Source of the DNA: Eledone cirrhosa | Taxonomy: Eukaryota | Assembly: GCA_964016885.1 (NCBI GenBank) | Contig: OZ024740.1 | Span: forward strand, 46,872,001 to 46,936,000 | Direction of reading: 5' to 3' | Length of the DNA stretch: 64,000 nucleotides | In this document: piece after piece, positions 15,001 to 30,000 of the stretch | How the letters are laid out: every line of letters begins with the position of its first letter | Position numbering within the stretch: position 1 is the stretch's first letter | The notes under the pieces: model-generated | The model's database searches: none | What the model saw: only the letters and a program-made list of their open reading frames with translations | What the model was told of the DNA's origin: nothing | Translations under genes and position numbers: made by a program

Positions 15001-18000
15001 AAAGTAGGAAGGATTCAGGGAAGGAATGGGGGAATGAAGGAAAGTAGGAAGGAATGTAGGAAGGATTCAGGGAAGGAATGGGGGAATGAAGGAAAGTAGG
15101 AAGGAAGGTAGGAAGGATTCAGGGAAGGAATGGGGGAATGAAGGAAAGTAGGAAGGAAGGTAGGACGGATTCAGGGAAGGAATGGGGGAATGAAGAAAAG
15201 TAGGGAGGAAGGTAGGAAGGATTCAGGGAAGGAATGGGGGACTGAAGGAAAGTAGGAAGGAAGGTAGGTAGGATTCAGGGAAGGAATGGGGGAATGAAGG
15301 AAAGTAGGAAGGAAGGTGGGAAGGATTCAGGGATGGAATGGGGGAATGAAGGAAAGCAGGAAGGAAGGTAGGAAGGATTTAGGGAAGGAATGGGGGAATG
15401 AAGGAAAGTAGGAAGAAAGGTAGGAAGGATTTAGGGAAGGAATGGGGGAATGAAGGAAAGCAGGATGGAAGGTAGGAAGGATTTAGGGAAGGAATGGGGG
15501 AATGAAGGAAAGTAGGAAGAAAGGTAGGAAGGATTCAGGGAAGGAATTGGGGAATGAAGGAAAGTAGGAAGGAAGGTAGGAAGGATTAAGGGAAGGAATG
15601 GGGGACTGAAGGAAAGTAGGAAGGAAGGTAGGTAGGATTAAGGGAAGGAATGGGGAATGAAGGAAAGTAGGAAGGAAGAAGGAAGGTAGGAAGGATTCAG
15701 GTAAGGAATGGGGGAATGAAGGAAAGTAGGAAGGAAGGTAGGAAGGATTCAGGGAAGGAATGGGGGAATGAAGTAAAGTAGGAAGGAAGTTAGGAAGGAT
15801 TCAGGGACGGAATGGGGGAATGAAGGAAAGTAGGAAGGAAGGTAGGACGGATTCAGGGAAGGAATGGGGGAATGAAGAAAAGTAGGAAGGAAGGTAGGTA
15901 GGATTCAGGGAAGGAATGGGGGAATGTAGGAAAGTAGGAAGGAAAGTAGGTAGGATTCAGAGAAGGAATGGGGAATGAAGGAAAGTAGGAAGAAAGGTAG
16001 GTAGGATTCAGGGAAGAATGGGGGAATGAAGGAAATTAGGAAGGAAGGTAGGAAGGATTCAGGGAAGGAATGGGGGAATGAAGGAAAGCAGGAAGAAAGG
16101 TAGGAAGGATTCAGGGAATGAATGGGGGAATGAAGTACAGCAGGAAGGAAGGTAGGAAGGATTCAGGGAAGGAATGGGGGAATGAAGGAAAGTAAGAAGA
16201 AAGGTAGGAAGGATTCAGGGAAGGCATGGGGGAATGAAGGAAAGTAGGAAGAAAGGTAGGAAGGATTCAGGGAAGGAATGGGTGAATGAAGGAAAGTAGG
16301 AAGGAAGGTAGTTAGGATCCAGGGAAGGAATGGGGGAATGAAGGAAAGTAGGAAGGAAAGTAGGAAGGAAAGTAGGAAGGAAGGATTCAGGGAAGGAATG
16401 GGGGAATGAAGGAAAGTAGGAAGGAAGGTAGGTAGGATTCAGGGAAGGAATTGGGGAATGAAGGCAAGTAGGAAGGAAGGTAGGAAGGATTCAGGGAAGG
16501 AATGGGGGACTGAAGGAAAGTAGGAAGGAAGGTAGGTAGGATTCAGCGAAGGAATGGGGGAATGAAGGAAAGTAGGAAGAAAAGTAGGAAGGATTCAGGG
16601 AAGGAATGGGGGAATGAAGGAAAGTAGGTAGGAAGGTGGGTAGGATTCAGGGAAGGAATGGGGAATGAAGGAAATTAGGAAGGATTCAGCGAAGGAATGT
16701 GGAATGAAGGAATGTAGGAAGGAAGGTAGGAAAGATTCAGGGAAGGAATGGGGAATGAAGGAAAGTAGGTAGGAAGGTAGGTAGGATTCAGGGAAGGAAT
16801 GGGGAATGAAGTAAAGTAGGAAGAAAGGTAGGAAGGATTCAGGGAAGGAATGGGGGAATGAAGGAAAGCAGGAAGAAAGGTAGGAAGGATTCAGGGAAGG
16901 AATGGGGGAATGAAGGAAAGTAGGAAGAAAGGTAGGAAGGATTCAGAGAAGGAATGGGGGAATGAAGGAAAGTAGGAAGGAAGGTAGGAAGGATTCAGTG
17001 AAGGAATGGGGGAATGAAGGAAAGCAGGAAGAAAGGTAGAAAGGATTCAGGGAAGGAATGGGGGAATGAAGGAAAGTAGGAAGAAAGGTAGGAAGGATTC
17101 AGGGAAGGAATGGGGGAATGAAGTAAAGCAGGAAGGAAGGTAGGAAGGATTCAGGGAAGGAATGGGGGAATGAAGGAAAGTAAGAAGAAAGGTAGGAAGG
17201 ATTCAGGGAAGGAATGGGGGAATGAAGGAAAGTAGGAAGAAAGGTAGGAAGGATTCAGGAAGGAATGGGGGAATGAAGGAAAGTAGGAAGGAAGGTAGGG
17301 AGGATTCAGGGAAGGAATGGGGGAATGAAGGAAAGTAGGAAGGAAGGTAAGAATTATTCAGGGAAGGAATGGGGGAATGACGGAAAGTAGGAAGGAAGGT
17401 AGGAAAGATTCAGGGAAGGAATGGGGGAATGAAGGAAAGTAGGAAGGAAGGTAGGAAGGATTCAGGGAAGAAATGGGGGAATGAAGGAAAGTAGGAAGAA
17501 AGGTAGGAAGGATTCAGGGAAGGAATGGGGGAATGAAGGAAAGTAGGAAGAAAGGTAGGTAGGATTCAGGGAAGGAATGGGGGAATGAAGGAAAGCAGGA
17601 AGGAAGGTAGGAAGGATTTAGGGAAGGAATGGGGGAATGAAGGAAAGTAGGAAGAAAGGTAGGAAGGATTCAGAGAAGGAATGGGGGAATGAAGGAAAGT
17701 AGGAAGGAAGGTAAGAATGATTCAGGGAAGGAATGGGGGAATGAAGGAGAGTGGGAAGAAAGGTAGGAAGGATTCAGGGAAGGAATGGTAGAATGAAGGA
17801 AAGTAGGAAGGAAGGTTGGAAGGATTCAGGGAAGGAATGGGGGAATGAAGGAAAGTAGGAAGGAAGGTAAGAAGGAATCAGGGAAGGAATGTGGGAATGA
17901 AGGAAAGCAGGAAGAAAGGTAGGAAGGATTCAGGGAAGGAAAGCAGAGAGGAAGGTAGGAAGGATTCAGGGAAGGAATGGAGGAATGAAGGAAAGTAGGA

Positions 18001-21000
18001 AGAAAGGTAGGAAGGATTCAGGGAAGGAATGGGGGAATGAAGGAAAGTAGGAAGGAAAGTAGGAAGGAAGGATTCAGGGAAGGAATGGGGGAATGAAGGA
18101 AAGTAGGAAGGAAGGTAGGTAGGATTCAGGGCAGGAATTGGGGAATGAAGGAAAGTAGGAAGGAAGGTAGGAAGGATTCAGGGAAGGAATGGGGGACTGA
18201 AGGAAAGTAGGAAGGAAGGTAGGATAAAGGGAAGGAAAGGGGAATGAAGGAAAGTAGGATGGAAGAAGGAAGGTAGGAGGGATTCAGGTAAGGAATGGGC
18301 GAATGAAGGAAAGTAGGAAGGATTCAGGGAAGGAATGGGGGAATGAAGGAAAGTAGGAAGGAATGTAGGAAGGATTCAGGGAAGGAATGGGGGAATGAAG
18401 GAAAGTAGGAAGGAAGGTAGGAAGGATTCAGGGAAGGAATGGGGGAATGAAGGAAAGTAGGAAGGAAGGTAGGACGGATTCAGGGTAGGAATGGGGGAAT
18501 GAAGAAAAGTAGGGAGGAAGGTAGGAAGGATTCAGGGAAGGAATGGGGGAATGAAGGAAAGTAGGAAGGAAGGTAGGTAGGATTCAGGGAAGGAATGGGG
18601 GAATGAAGGAAAGTAGGAAGGAAGGTGGGAAGGATTCAGGGATGGAATGGGGGAATGAAGGAAAGCAGGAAGGAAGGTAGGAAGGATTTAGGGAAGGAAT
18701 GGGGGAATGAAGGAAAGTAGGAAGAAAGGTAGGAAGGATTTAGGGAAGGAATGGGGGAATGAAGGAAAGCAGGATGGAAGGTAGGAAGGATTTAGGGAAG
18801 GAATGGGGGAATGAAGGAAAGTAGGAAGAAAGGTAGGAAGGATTCAGGGAAGGAATTGGGGAATGAAGGAAAGTAGCAAGGAAGGTAGGAAGGATTAAGG
18901 GAAGGAATGGGGGACTGAAGGAAAGTAGGAAGGAAGGTAGGTAGGATTAAGGGAAGGAATGGGGAATGAAGGAAAGTAGGAAGGAAGAAGGAAGGTAGGA
19001 AGGATTCAGGTAAGGAATGGGGGAATGAAGGAAAGTAGGAAGGAAGGTAGGAAGGATTCAGGGAAGGAATGGGGCAATGAAGTAAAGTAGGAAGGAAGTT
19101 AGGAAGGATTCAGGGACGGAATGGGGGAATGAAGGAAAGTAGGAAGGAAGGTAGGACGGATTCAGGGAAGGAATGGGGGAATGAAGAAAAGTAGGAAGGA
19201 AGGTAGGTAGGATTCAGGGAAGGAATGGGGCAATGAAGTAAAGTAGGAAGGAAGTTAGGAAGGATTCAGGGACGGAATGGGGGAATGAAGGAAAGTAGGA
19301 AGGAAGGTAGGACGGATTCAGGGAAGGAATGGGGGAATGTAGGAAAGTAGGAAGGAAAGTAGGAAGGAAGGATTCAGGGAAGGAATGGGGCAATGAAGGA
19401 AAGTAGAAAGGAAGGTAGGTAGGATTCAGGGAAGGAATTGGGGAATGAAGGCAAGTAGGAAGGAAGGTAGGAAGGATTCAGGGAAGGAATGGGGGACTGA
19501 AGGAAAGTAGGAAGGAAGGTAGGTAGGATTCAGGGAAGGAATGGAGGAATGAAGGAAAGTAGGTAGGAAGGTAGGTAGGATTCAGGGAAGGAATGGGGGA
19601 ATGAAGTACAGCAGGAAGGAAGGTAGGAAGGATTCAGGGAAGGAATGGGGGAATGAAGGAAAGTAAGAAGAAAGGTAGGTAGGATTCAGGGAAGGAATGG
19701 GGGAATGAAGGAAAGTAGGAAGGAAGGTAGGTAGGATTCAGAGAAGGAATGGGGAATAAAGGAAAGTAGGAAGAAAGGTAGGTAGGATTCAGGGAAGAAT
19801 GGGGGAATGAAGGAAATTAGGAAGGAAGGTAGGAAGGATTCAGTGAAGGAATGGGGGAATGAAGGAAAGCAGGAAGAAAGGTAGGAAGGATTCAGGGAAG
19901 GAATGGGGGAATGAAGTACAGCAGGAAGGAAGGTAGGAAGGATTCAGGGAAGGAATGGGGGAATGAAGGAAAGTAAGAAGAAAGGTAGGTAGGATTCAGG
20001 GAAGGAATGGGGGAATGCAGGAAAGCAGGAAGAAAGGTAGAAAGGATTCAGGGAAGGAATGGGGGAATGAAGGAAAGTAGGAAGGAAGGTAGTTAGGATC
20101 CAGGGAAGGAATGGGGGAATGAAGGAAGGTAGGTAGGATTCAGAGAAGGAATGGGGAATAAAGGAAAGTAGGAAGAAAGGTAGGTAGGATTCAGGGAAGG
20201 AATGGGGGAATGAAGTACAGCAGGAAGGAAGGTAGGAAGGATTCAGGGAAGGAATGGGGGAATGAAGGAAAGTAAGAAGAAAGGTAGGAAGGATTCAGGG
20301 AAGGCATGGGGGAATGAAGGAAAGTAGGAAGAAAGGTAGGAAGGATTCAGGGAAGGAATGGGGGAATGAAGGAAAGTAGGAAGGAAGGTAGTTAGGATCC
20401 AGGGAAGGAATGGGGGAATGAAGGAAAGTAGGAAGGAAAGTAGGAAGGAAGGATTCAGGGAAGGAATGGGGGAATGAAGGAAAGTAGGAAGGAAGGTAGG
20501 AAGGATTCAGGGAAGGAATGGGGGACTGAAGGAAAGTAGGAAGGAAGGTAGGTAGGATTCAGGGAAGGAATGGGGGAATGAAGGAAAGTAGGAAGAAAAG
20601 TAGGAAGGATTCAGGGAAGGAATGGGGGAATGAAGGAAAGTAGGTAGGAAGGTGGGTAGGATTCAGGGAAGGAATGGGGAATGAAGGAAAGTAGGAAGGA
20701 TTCAGCGAAGGAATGTGGAATGAAGGAATGTAGGAAGGAAGGTAGGAAAGATTCAGGGAAGGAATGGGGAATGAAGGAAAGTAGGTAGGAAGGTAGGTAG
20801 GATTCAGGGAAGGAATGGGGAATGAAGTAAAGTAGGAAGAAAGGTAGGAAGGATTCAGGGAAGGAATGGGGGAATGAAGGAAAGCAGGAAGAAAGGTAGG
20901 AAGGATTCAGGGAAGGAATGGGGGAATGAAGGAAAGTAGGAAGAAAGGTAGGAAGGATTCAGAGAAGGAATGGGGGAATGAAGGAAAGTAGGAAGGAAGA

Positions 21001-24000
21001 CAGGAAGGATTCAGGGAAGGAATGGGTGAATGAAGGAAAGTAGGAAGAAAGGTAGGAAGGATTCAGGGAAGGAATAGGGGAATGAAGGAAAGTAGGAAGG
21101 AAGGTAGGTAGGATTCAGGGAAGGAATGGGGGATTGAAGGAAAGTAGGAAGGAAAGTAGGAAGGAAGGATTCAGGGAAGGAATGGGGGAATGAAGGAAAG
21201 TAGGAAGGAAGGCAGGAAGGATTCAGGGAAGGAATGGGGGAATGAAGGAAAGTAGGAAGGAAGGTAGGTAGGATTCAGGGAAGGAATTGGGGAATGAAGG
21301 AAAGTAGGAACGAAGGTAGGAAGGATTCAGGGAAGGAATGGGGGACTGAAGGGAAGTAGGAAGGAAGGTAGGTAGGATTAAGAGAAGGAATGGGGATTGA
21401 TGGAAAGTAGGAAGGAAGAAGGAAGGTAGGAAGGATTCAGGTAAGGAATGGGGAATGAAGGAAAGTAGGAAGGATTCAGGGAAGGAATGGGGGAATGAAG
21501 GAAAGTAGGAAGAAAGGTAGGAAGGATTCAGGGAAGGAATGGGGGAATGAAGTAATGCAGGAAGGAAAGTAGGAAGGATTCAGGGAAGGAATGGGGGAAT
21601 GAAGGAAAGTAGGAAGAAAGGTAGGAAGGATTCAGGGAGGGAATGGGGGAATGAAGGAAAGTAGGAAGGAAGGTAGGAAGGATTTAGGGAAGGAATGGGG
21701 GAATGTTGGAAAGCATGAAGGAAGCTTTGAAGGATTTAGTGAACGAATGGGGGAATGAAGGAAAGTAGGAAGAAAGAAGGAAGGTAGGAAGGATTCAGGT
21801 AAGGAATGGGGAATGAAGGAAAGTAGGAAGGATTCAGGGAAGGAATGGGGGAATGAAGGAAAGTAGGAAGGAAGGTAGGTAGGATTAAGGGAAGGAATGG
21901 GGGAATAATGGAAAGTAGGAAGGAAGGTAGGAAGGATTCAGGGAAGGAATGTGGGAATGAAGGAAAGTAGGAAGGAAGGTAGGAAGGATTCAGCGAAGGA
22001 ATGTGGAATGAAGGAATGTAGGAAGGAAGGTAGGAAGTATTCAGGAAAGGAATGGGGGAATGAAGGAAAGTAGGAAGGAAGGTAGAATGGATTCAGGGAA
22101 GGAATGGGGGAATGAAGGAAAGTAGGAAGGAAGGTAGGTAGGATTCAGGGAAGGAATGGTGGAATGAAGGAAAGTAGGAAGAAAGGTAGGTAGGATTCAG
22201 GGAAGGAATGGGGGAATGAAGGAAATTAGGAAGGAAGGTAGGAAGGATTCAGTGAAGGAATGGGGGAATGAAGGAAAGCAGGAAGAAAGGTAGGAAGGAT
22301 TCAGGGAAGGAATGGGGGAATGAAGGATAGTAGGAAGAAAGGTAGGAAGGATTCAAGGAAGGAATGGGGGTATGAAGGAAAGTAGGAAGGAAGGTAGGGA
22401 GGATTCAGGGAAGGAATGGGGGAATGAAGGAAAGTAGGAAGAAAGGTAGGAAGGATTCAGAGAAGGAATGGGGGAATGAAGGAAAGTAGGAAGGAAGGTA
22501 GGAAGGATTCAGGGAAGGAATGGGGAATGAAGGAAAGTAGGAAGAAAGGTAGAAGGATTCAGGGAAGGAATGGGGGAATGAAGGAAAGTAGGAAGTAAGG
22601 TAGGTAGAATTCAGGGAAGGAATGGGGGAATGAAGGAAAGTAGGAAGGAAAGTAGGAAGGAAAGTAGGAAGGAAGGATTCAGGGAAGGAATGGGGGGAAC
22701 GAAGGAAAGTAGGAAGGAAGGTAGGTAGGATTCAGGGAATGAATTGGGGAATGAAGGAAAGTAGGAAGGAAGGTAGGTAGGATTCAGGGAAGAAATGGGG
22801 AATGAAGGAAAGTAGGAAGGAAGGTAGGAAGGATTCAGCGAAGGAATGTGGAATGAAGGAATGTAGGAAGGAAGGTAGGAAGGATTCAGGAAAGGAATGG
22901 GGGAATGAAGCAAAGTAGGAAAGAAGGTAGGAAGGATTCAGGGAAGGAATGGGGAATGAAGGAAAGTAGGAAGAAAGGTAGGAAGGATTCAGGGAAGGAA
23001 TGGGGGAATGAAGGAAAGTAGGAAGGAAGGTGGGTAGGATTCAGGGAAGGAATGGGGGAATTAAGGAAGGTAGGAAGAAAGGTAGGTAGGATTCAGGGAA
23101 GGAATGGGGGAATGAAGGAAAGTAGGAAGAAGGTAGGAAGGATTCAGGGAAGGAATGGGGGAATGAAGGAAATTAGGAAGGAAGATAGGAAGGATTCAGT
23201 GAAGGAATGGGGGAATGAAGGAAAGCAGGAAGAAAGGTAGGAATGATTCAGGGAAGGAATGGGGGAATGAAGGAAGGTAGGAATGATTCAGGGAAGGAAT
23301 GGCGGAATGAAGGAAAGTCGTAAGGAATGTAGGAAGGATTCAGGGAAGGAATGGGGGAATGAAGGAAAGTAGGAAGAAAGGTAGGAAGGATTCAGGGAAG
23401 GAATGGGGGAATGAAGGAAAGTAGGTAGGAAGGTAGGTAGGATTCAGGGAAGGAATGGGGAATGAAGGAAAGTAGGAAGGAAGGTAGGTAGGATTCAGGG
23501 AAGGAATGGGGGAATGAAGGAAAGTAGGAAGGAAGGTAGGTAGGATTCAGGGAAGGAATGGGGAATGAAGGAAAGTAGGAAGGAAGGTAGGTAGGATTCA
23601 GGGAAGGAATGGGGGAATGAAGGAAAGTAGGAAGAAAGGTAGGAAGATTCAGGGAAGGAATGTGGAATTAAGGAATGTAGGGAGAAAGGTAGGTAGGATT
23701 CAGGGAAGGAATGGGGGAATGAAGGAAAGTAGGAAGAAAGGTAGAAAGGATTCAGGGAAGGAATGTGGAATGAAGGAAAGTAGGAAGGAAGGTAGGAAGG
23801 ATTCAAGAAAAGAATGGGGGAATGAAGGAAAGTAGGAAGGAAGGTAGGAAATATTCAGGGAAGGAATGGGGGAATGAAGGAAAGTAGGAAGAAAGGTAGG
23901 AAGGATTCAGGGAAGGAATGGGGGAATGAAGGAAAGTAGGTAGGAAGGTAGGTAGGATTCAGGGTAGGAATGGGGAATGAAGGAAAGTAGGAAGGAAGGT

Positions 24001-27000
24001 AGGTAGGATTCAGGGAAGGAATGGGGGAATAATGGAAAGTAGGAAGGAAGGTAGGAAGGATTCAGCGAAGGAATGTGGAATGAAGGAATGTAGGAATGAA
24101 GGTAGGAAGTATTCAGGAAAGGAATGGGGGAATGAAGGAAAGTAGGAAGGAAGGTAGGAAGGATTCAGGGGAGGAATGGGGGAATGAAGGAAAGTAAGAA
24201 GAAGGTAGGAAGGATTCAGTGTAGGAATGGGGGAATGAAGGAAAGTAGGAAGAAAGGTAGGAAGGATTCAGAGAAGGAATGGGGGAATGAAGGAAAGTAT
24301 GAAGGAAGGTAGGAAGGATTCGGCGAAGGAACGGGGAATGAAGGAAAGTAGAAAGAAAGGTAGGAAGGATTCAGGGAAGGAATGGGGGAATGAAGGAAAG
24401 TAGGAAGTAAGGTAGGTAGGATTCAGGGAAGGAATGGGGGAATGAAGGAAAGTAGGAAGGAAGGATTCAGGGAAGGAATGGGGGAATGAAGGAAAGTAGG
24501 AAGGAAGGTAGGTAGGATTCAGGGAAGGAATGGGGGAATGAAGGAAAGTAGGAAGGAAGGTAGGAAGGATTCAGGGAAGGAATGGGGGACTGAAGGAAAG
24601 TAGGAAGGAAGGTAGGTAGGATTCAGGGAAGGAATGGGGGAATGAAGGAAAGTAGGAAGAAAAGTAGGAAGGATTCAGGGAAGGAATGGGGGAATGAAGG
24701 AAAGTAGGTACGAAGGTAGGTAGGATTCAGGGAAGGAATGGGGAATGAAGGAAAGTAGGAAGGAAGGTAGGTAGGATTCAGGGAAGGAATGGGGAATGAA
24801 GGAAAGTAGGAAGGAAGGTAGCAAGGATTCAGCGAAGGGATGTGGAATGAAGGAATGTAGGAAGGAAGGTAGGAAGGATTCAGGAAAGGAATGGGGGAAT
24901 GAAGGAAAGCAGGAAAGAAGGTAGGAAGGATTCAGGGAAGGAATGGGGAATGAAGGAAAGTAGGAAGAAAGGTAGGAAGGATTCAGGGAAGGAATGGGGG
25001 AATGAAGGAAAGTAGGAAAGAAGGTAGGTAGGATTCAGGGAAGGAATGGGGGAGTTAAGGAAGGTAGGAAGAAAGGTAGGTAGGATTCAGGGAAGGAATG
25101 GGGGAATGAAGGAAAGTAGGAAGAAAGGTAGCTAGGATTCAGGGAAGGAATGGGGGAATGAAGGAAATTAGGAAGGAAGGTAGGAAGGATTCAGTGAAGG
25201 AATGGGGGAATGAAGGAAAGCAGGAAGAAAGGTAGGAATGATTCAGGGAAGGAATGGGGGAATGAAGGAAGGTAGGAAGGATTCAGGGAAGGAATGGCGG
25301 AATGAAGGAAAGCAGTAAGGAAGGTAGGAAGGATTTAGGGAAGGAATGGGGGAATGAAGGAAAGTAGGAAGAAAGGTAGGAAGGATTCAGGGAAGGAATG
25401 GGGGAATGAAGGAAAGTAGGTAGGAAGGTAGGTAGGATTTAGGGAAGGAATGGGGGAATGAAGGAAAGCAGGAAGAAAGGTAGGAAGGATTCAGTGAAGG
25501 AATGGGGTAATGAAGGAAAGCAGGAAGGAAGGTAGGAAGGATTTAGAGAAGGAATGGGGGAATGAAGGAAAGTAGGAAGAAAGGTAGGAAGTATTCAGGG
25601 AAGGAATGGGGGAATGAAGGAAAGCAGGAAGGAAGGTAGGAAGGATTTAGGGAAGGAATGGGGGAATGAAGGAAAGCAAGAAGGAAGGTAGGAAGGATTC
25701 AGGGAAGGAATGGGGGAATGAAGTAAAGTAGGAAGAAAGGTAGGAAGGATTCAGGGAAGGAATGGGGGAATGAAGGAAAGTAGGAATGAAGGTAGGTAGG
25801 ATTCAGGGAAGGAATGGGGGAATGAAGGAAGGTAGGAAGAAAGGTAGATATGATTCAGAGAAGGAATGGGGTAATGAAGCAAAGTAGGAAGGAAGGTAGG
25901 AAGGATTCAGTGAAGGAATGGGGGAATGAAGGAAAGCAGGAAGAAAGGTAGGAAGGATTCAGGGAAGGAATGGGGGAATGAAGGAAAGTAGGAAGAAAGG
26001 TAGGAAGGATTCAGAGAAGGAATGGGGGAATGAAGGAAAGTAGGAAGGAAGGCAGGAAGGATTCAGGGAAGGAATGGGTGAATGAAGGAAAGTAGGAAGA
26101 AAGGTAGGAAGGATTCAGGGAAGGAATGGGGGAATGAAGGAAAGTAGGAAGGAAGGTAGGTAGGATTCAGGGAAGGAATGGGGGAATGAAGGAAAGTAGG
26201 AAGGAAAGTAGGAAGGAAGGATTCAGGGAAGGAATGGGGGAATGAAGGAAAGTAGGAAGGAAGGCAGGAAGGATTCAGTGAAGGAATGAGGGAATGAAGG
26301 AAAGTAGGAAGGAAGGTAGGTAGGATTCAGTGAAGGAATTGGGGAATGAAGGAAAGTAGGAACGAAGGTAGGAAGGATTCAGGTAAGGAATGGGGGAATG
26401 AAGGAAAGTAGGAAGGATTCAGGGAAGGAATGGGGAATGAACGAAAGTAGGAAGGAAGATAGGTAGGATTCTGGGAAGGAATGGGGGAATGAAGGAAAGT
26501 AGGAAGAAAGGTAGGAAGGATTCAGGAAAGGAATGGGGGAATGAAGGAAAGTAGGAAGGAAGGTAGGAAATATTCAGGGAAGGAATGGGGGAATGAAGGA
26601 AAGTAGGAAGAAAGATAGGAAGGATTCAGGGAAGGAATGGGGGAATGAAGGAAAGTAGGAAGGAAGGTAGGTAGGATTGAGGGAAAAAATGGGGGAAGAA
26701 GGAAAGTAAGGAGAAAGGTAGGTAGGATTCAGGGAAGGAATTGGGGAATGAAGGAAAGTAGGAAGGAAGGTAGGTAGGATTCAAGGGAGGAATGGGGGAA
26801 TGAAGGAAAGTAGGAAGGAAGGTACGAAGGATTCAGGGAAGGAATGGGGGAATGAAGGAAAGCAGGAGAGGAGGTAGGAAGGATTTAGGGAAGGAATGGG
26901 GGAATGAAGGAAAGCAGGAAGAAAGGTAGGAAGGATTCAGTGAAGGAATGGGGTAATGAAGGAAAGCAGGAAGGAAGGTAGGAAGGATTTAGAGAAGGAA

Positions 27001-30000
27001 TGGGGGAATGAAGGAAAGTAGGAAGAAAGGTAGGAAGTATTCAGGGAAGGAATGGGGGAATGAAGGAAAGCAGTAAGGAAGGTAGGAAGGATTTAGGGAA
27101 GGAATGGGGGAATGAAGGAAAGCAAGAAGGAAGGTAGGAAGGATTCAGGGAAGGAATGGGGGAATGAAGTAAAGTAGGAAGAAAGGTAGGAAGGATTCAG
27201 GGAAGGAATGGGGGAATGAAGGAAAGTAGGAATGAAGGTAGGTAGGATTCAGGGAAGGAATGGGGGAATGAAGGAAAGTAGGAAGGAAAGTAGGAAGGAA
27301 GGATTCAGGGAAGGAATGGGGGAATGAAGGAAAGTAGGAAGGAAGGCAGGAAGGATTCAGGGAAGGAATGGGGGAATGAAGGAAAGTAGGAAGGAAGGTA
27401 GGTAGGATTCAGGGAAGGAATTGTGGAATGAAGGAAAGTAGGAACGAAGGTAGGAAGGATTCAGGGAAGGAATGGGGGACTGAAGGAAAGTAGGAAGGAA
27501 GGTAGGTAGGATTAAGAGAAGGAATGGGGATTGAAGGAAAGTAGGAAGGAAGAAGGAAGGTAGGAAGGATTCAGGTAAGGAATGGGGAATGAAGGAAAGT
27601 AGGAAGGATTCAGGGAAGGAATGGGGGAATGAAGGAAAGTAGGTAGGAAGGTAGGTAGGATTCAGGGAAGGAATGGGGAATGAAGGAAAGTAGGAAGGAA
27701 GGTAGGAAGGATTCAGCGAAGGAATGTGGAATGAAGGAATGTAGGAAGGAAGGTAGGAAGGATTCAGGAAAGGAATGGGGGAATGAAGGAAAGTAGGAAG
27801 AAAGGTAGCTAGGATTCAGGGAAGGAATGGGGGAATGAAGGAAATTAGGAAGGAAGGTAGGAAGGATTCAGTGAAGGAATGGGGGAATGAAGGAAAGCAG
27901 GAAAAAAGGTAGGAGGGATTCAGGGAAGGAATGGGGGAATGAAGGAAAGTAGGAAGAAAGGTAGGAAGGATTCAGGGAAGGAATGGAGGAATGAAGTAAT
28001 GCAGGAAGGAAGGTAGGAAGGACTCAGGGAAGGAATGGGGGAATGAAGGAAAGTAGGAAGAAAGGTAGGAAGGATTCAGGGAGGGAATGGGGGAATGAAG
28101 GAAAGTAGGAAGGAAGGTAGGAAGGATTTAGGGAAGGAATGGGGGAATGTTGGAAAGCATGAAGGAAGCTTTGAAGGATTTAGTGAACGAATGGGGGAAT
28201 GAAGGAAAGTAGGAAGAAAGAAGGAAGGTAGGAAGGATTCAGGTAAGGAATGGGGGAATGAAGGAAAGTAGGAAGGATTCAAGGAAGGATTCAGGGAAGG
28301 AATGGGGGAATGAAGGAAAGTAGGAAGGAAGGTAGGAAGGATTCAGGGAAGGAATGGGGGAATGGAGGAAAGTAGGAAGGATTCAGGGAAGGATTCAGGG
28401 AAGGAATGCGGGAATGAAGGAAAGTAGGAAGGAAGGTAGGAAGGATTCAGGGAAGGAATGGGGGAATGAAGAATAGTAGGAAGGAAGGTAGGAAGGATTC
28501 AGGGAAGGAATGGGGGAATGAAGGAAAGTAGGAAGGAAGGTAGGTAGTATTCAGGGAAGGAATGGGGGAATGAAGGAAAGTAGGAAGGAAGGTAGGAAGG
28601 ATTCAGGGATGGAATGGGGGAATGAAGGAAAGTAGGAAGAAAGGTAGGAAGGATTTAGGGAAGGAATGGGGGAATGAAGGAAAGTAGGAAGGAAGGTAGG
28701 AAGGATTCAGGGAAGGAATGTGGGAATGAAGGAAAGTAGGAAGAAAGGTAGGAAGGATTTAGGGAAGGAATGGGGGAATGAAGGAAAGCAGGAAGGAAGG
28801 TAGGAAGGATTTAGGGAAGGAATGGGGAATGAAGGAAAGTAGGAAGGAAGGTAGAATGGATTCAGGGAAGGAATGGGGGAATGAAGGAAAGTAGGAAGGA
28901 AGGTAGGTAGGATTCAGGGAAGGAATGGTGGAATGAAGGAAAGTAGGAAGAAAGGTAGGTAGGATTCAGGGAAGGAATGGGGGAATGAAGGAAATTAGGA
29001 AGGAAGGTAGGAAGGATTCAGTGAAGGAATGGGGGAATGAAGGAAAGCAGGAAGAAAGGTAGGAAGGATTCAGGGAAGGAATGGGGGAATGAAGGATAGT
29101 AGGAAGAAAGGTAGGAAGGATTCAAGGAAGGAATGGGGGTATGAAGGAAAGTAGGAAGGAAGGTAGGGAGAATTCAGGGAAGGAATGGAGAATGAAGGAA
29201 AGTAGGAAGAAAGGTAGGAAGGATTCAGAGAAGGAATGGGGGAATGAAGGAAAGTAGGAAGGAAGGTAGGAAGGATTCAGGGAAGGAATGGGGAATGAAG
29301 GAAAGTAGGAAGAAAGGTAGAAGGATTCAGGGAAGGAATGGGGGAATGAAGGAAAGTAGGAAGGAAAGTAGGAAGGAAAGTAGGAAGGAAGGATTCAGGG
29401 AAGGAATGGGGAATGAAGGAAAGTAGGAAGAAAGGTAGAAGGATTCAGGGAAGGAATGGGGGAATGAAGGAAAGTAGGAAGTAAGGTAGGTAGAATTCAG
29501 GGAAGGAATGGGGGAATGAAGGAAAGCAGGAAGGAAGGTAGGAAGGATTTAGGGAAGGAATGGGGAATGAAGGAAAGTAGGAAGGAAGGTAGGAAGGATT
29601 CAGGGAAGGAATGGGGGAATGAAGGAAAGTAGGAAGGAAGGTAGGTAGTATTCAGGGAAGGAATGGGGGAATGAAGGAAAGTAGGAAGGAAGGTAGGAAG
29701 GATTCAGGGATGGAATGGGGGAATGAAGGAAAGTAGGAAGAAAGGTAGGAAGGATTTAGGGAAGGAATGGGGGAATGAAGGAAAGTAGGAAGGAAGGTAG
29801 GAAGGATTCAGGGAAGGAATGTGGGAATGAAGGAAAGTAGGAAGAAAGGTAGGAAGGATTTAGGGAAGGAATGGGGGAATGAAGGAAAGCAGGAAGGAAG
29901 GTAGAATGGATTCAGGGAAGGAATGGGGGAATGAAGGAAAGTAGGAAGGAAGGTAGGTAGGATTCAGGGAAGGAATGGTGGAATGAAGGAAAGTAGGAAG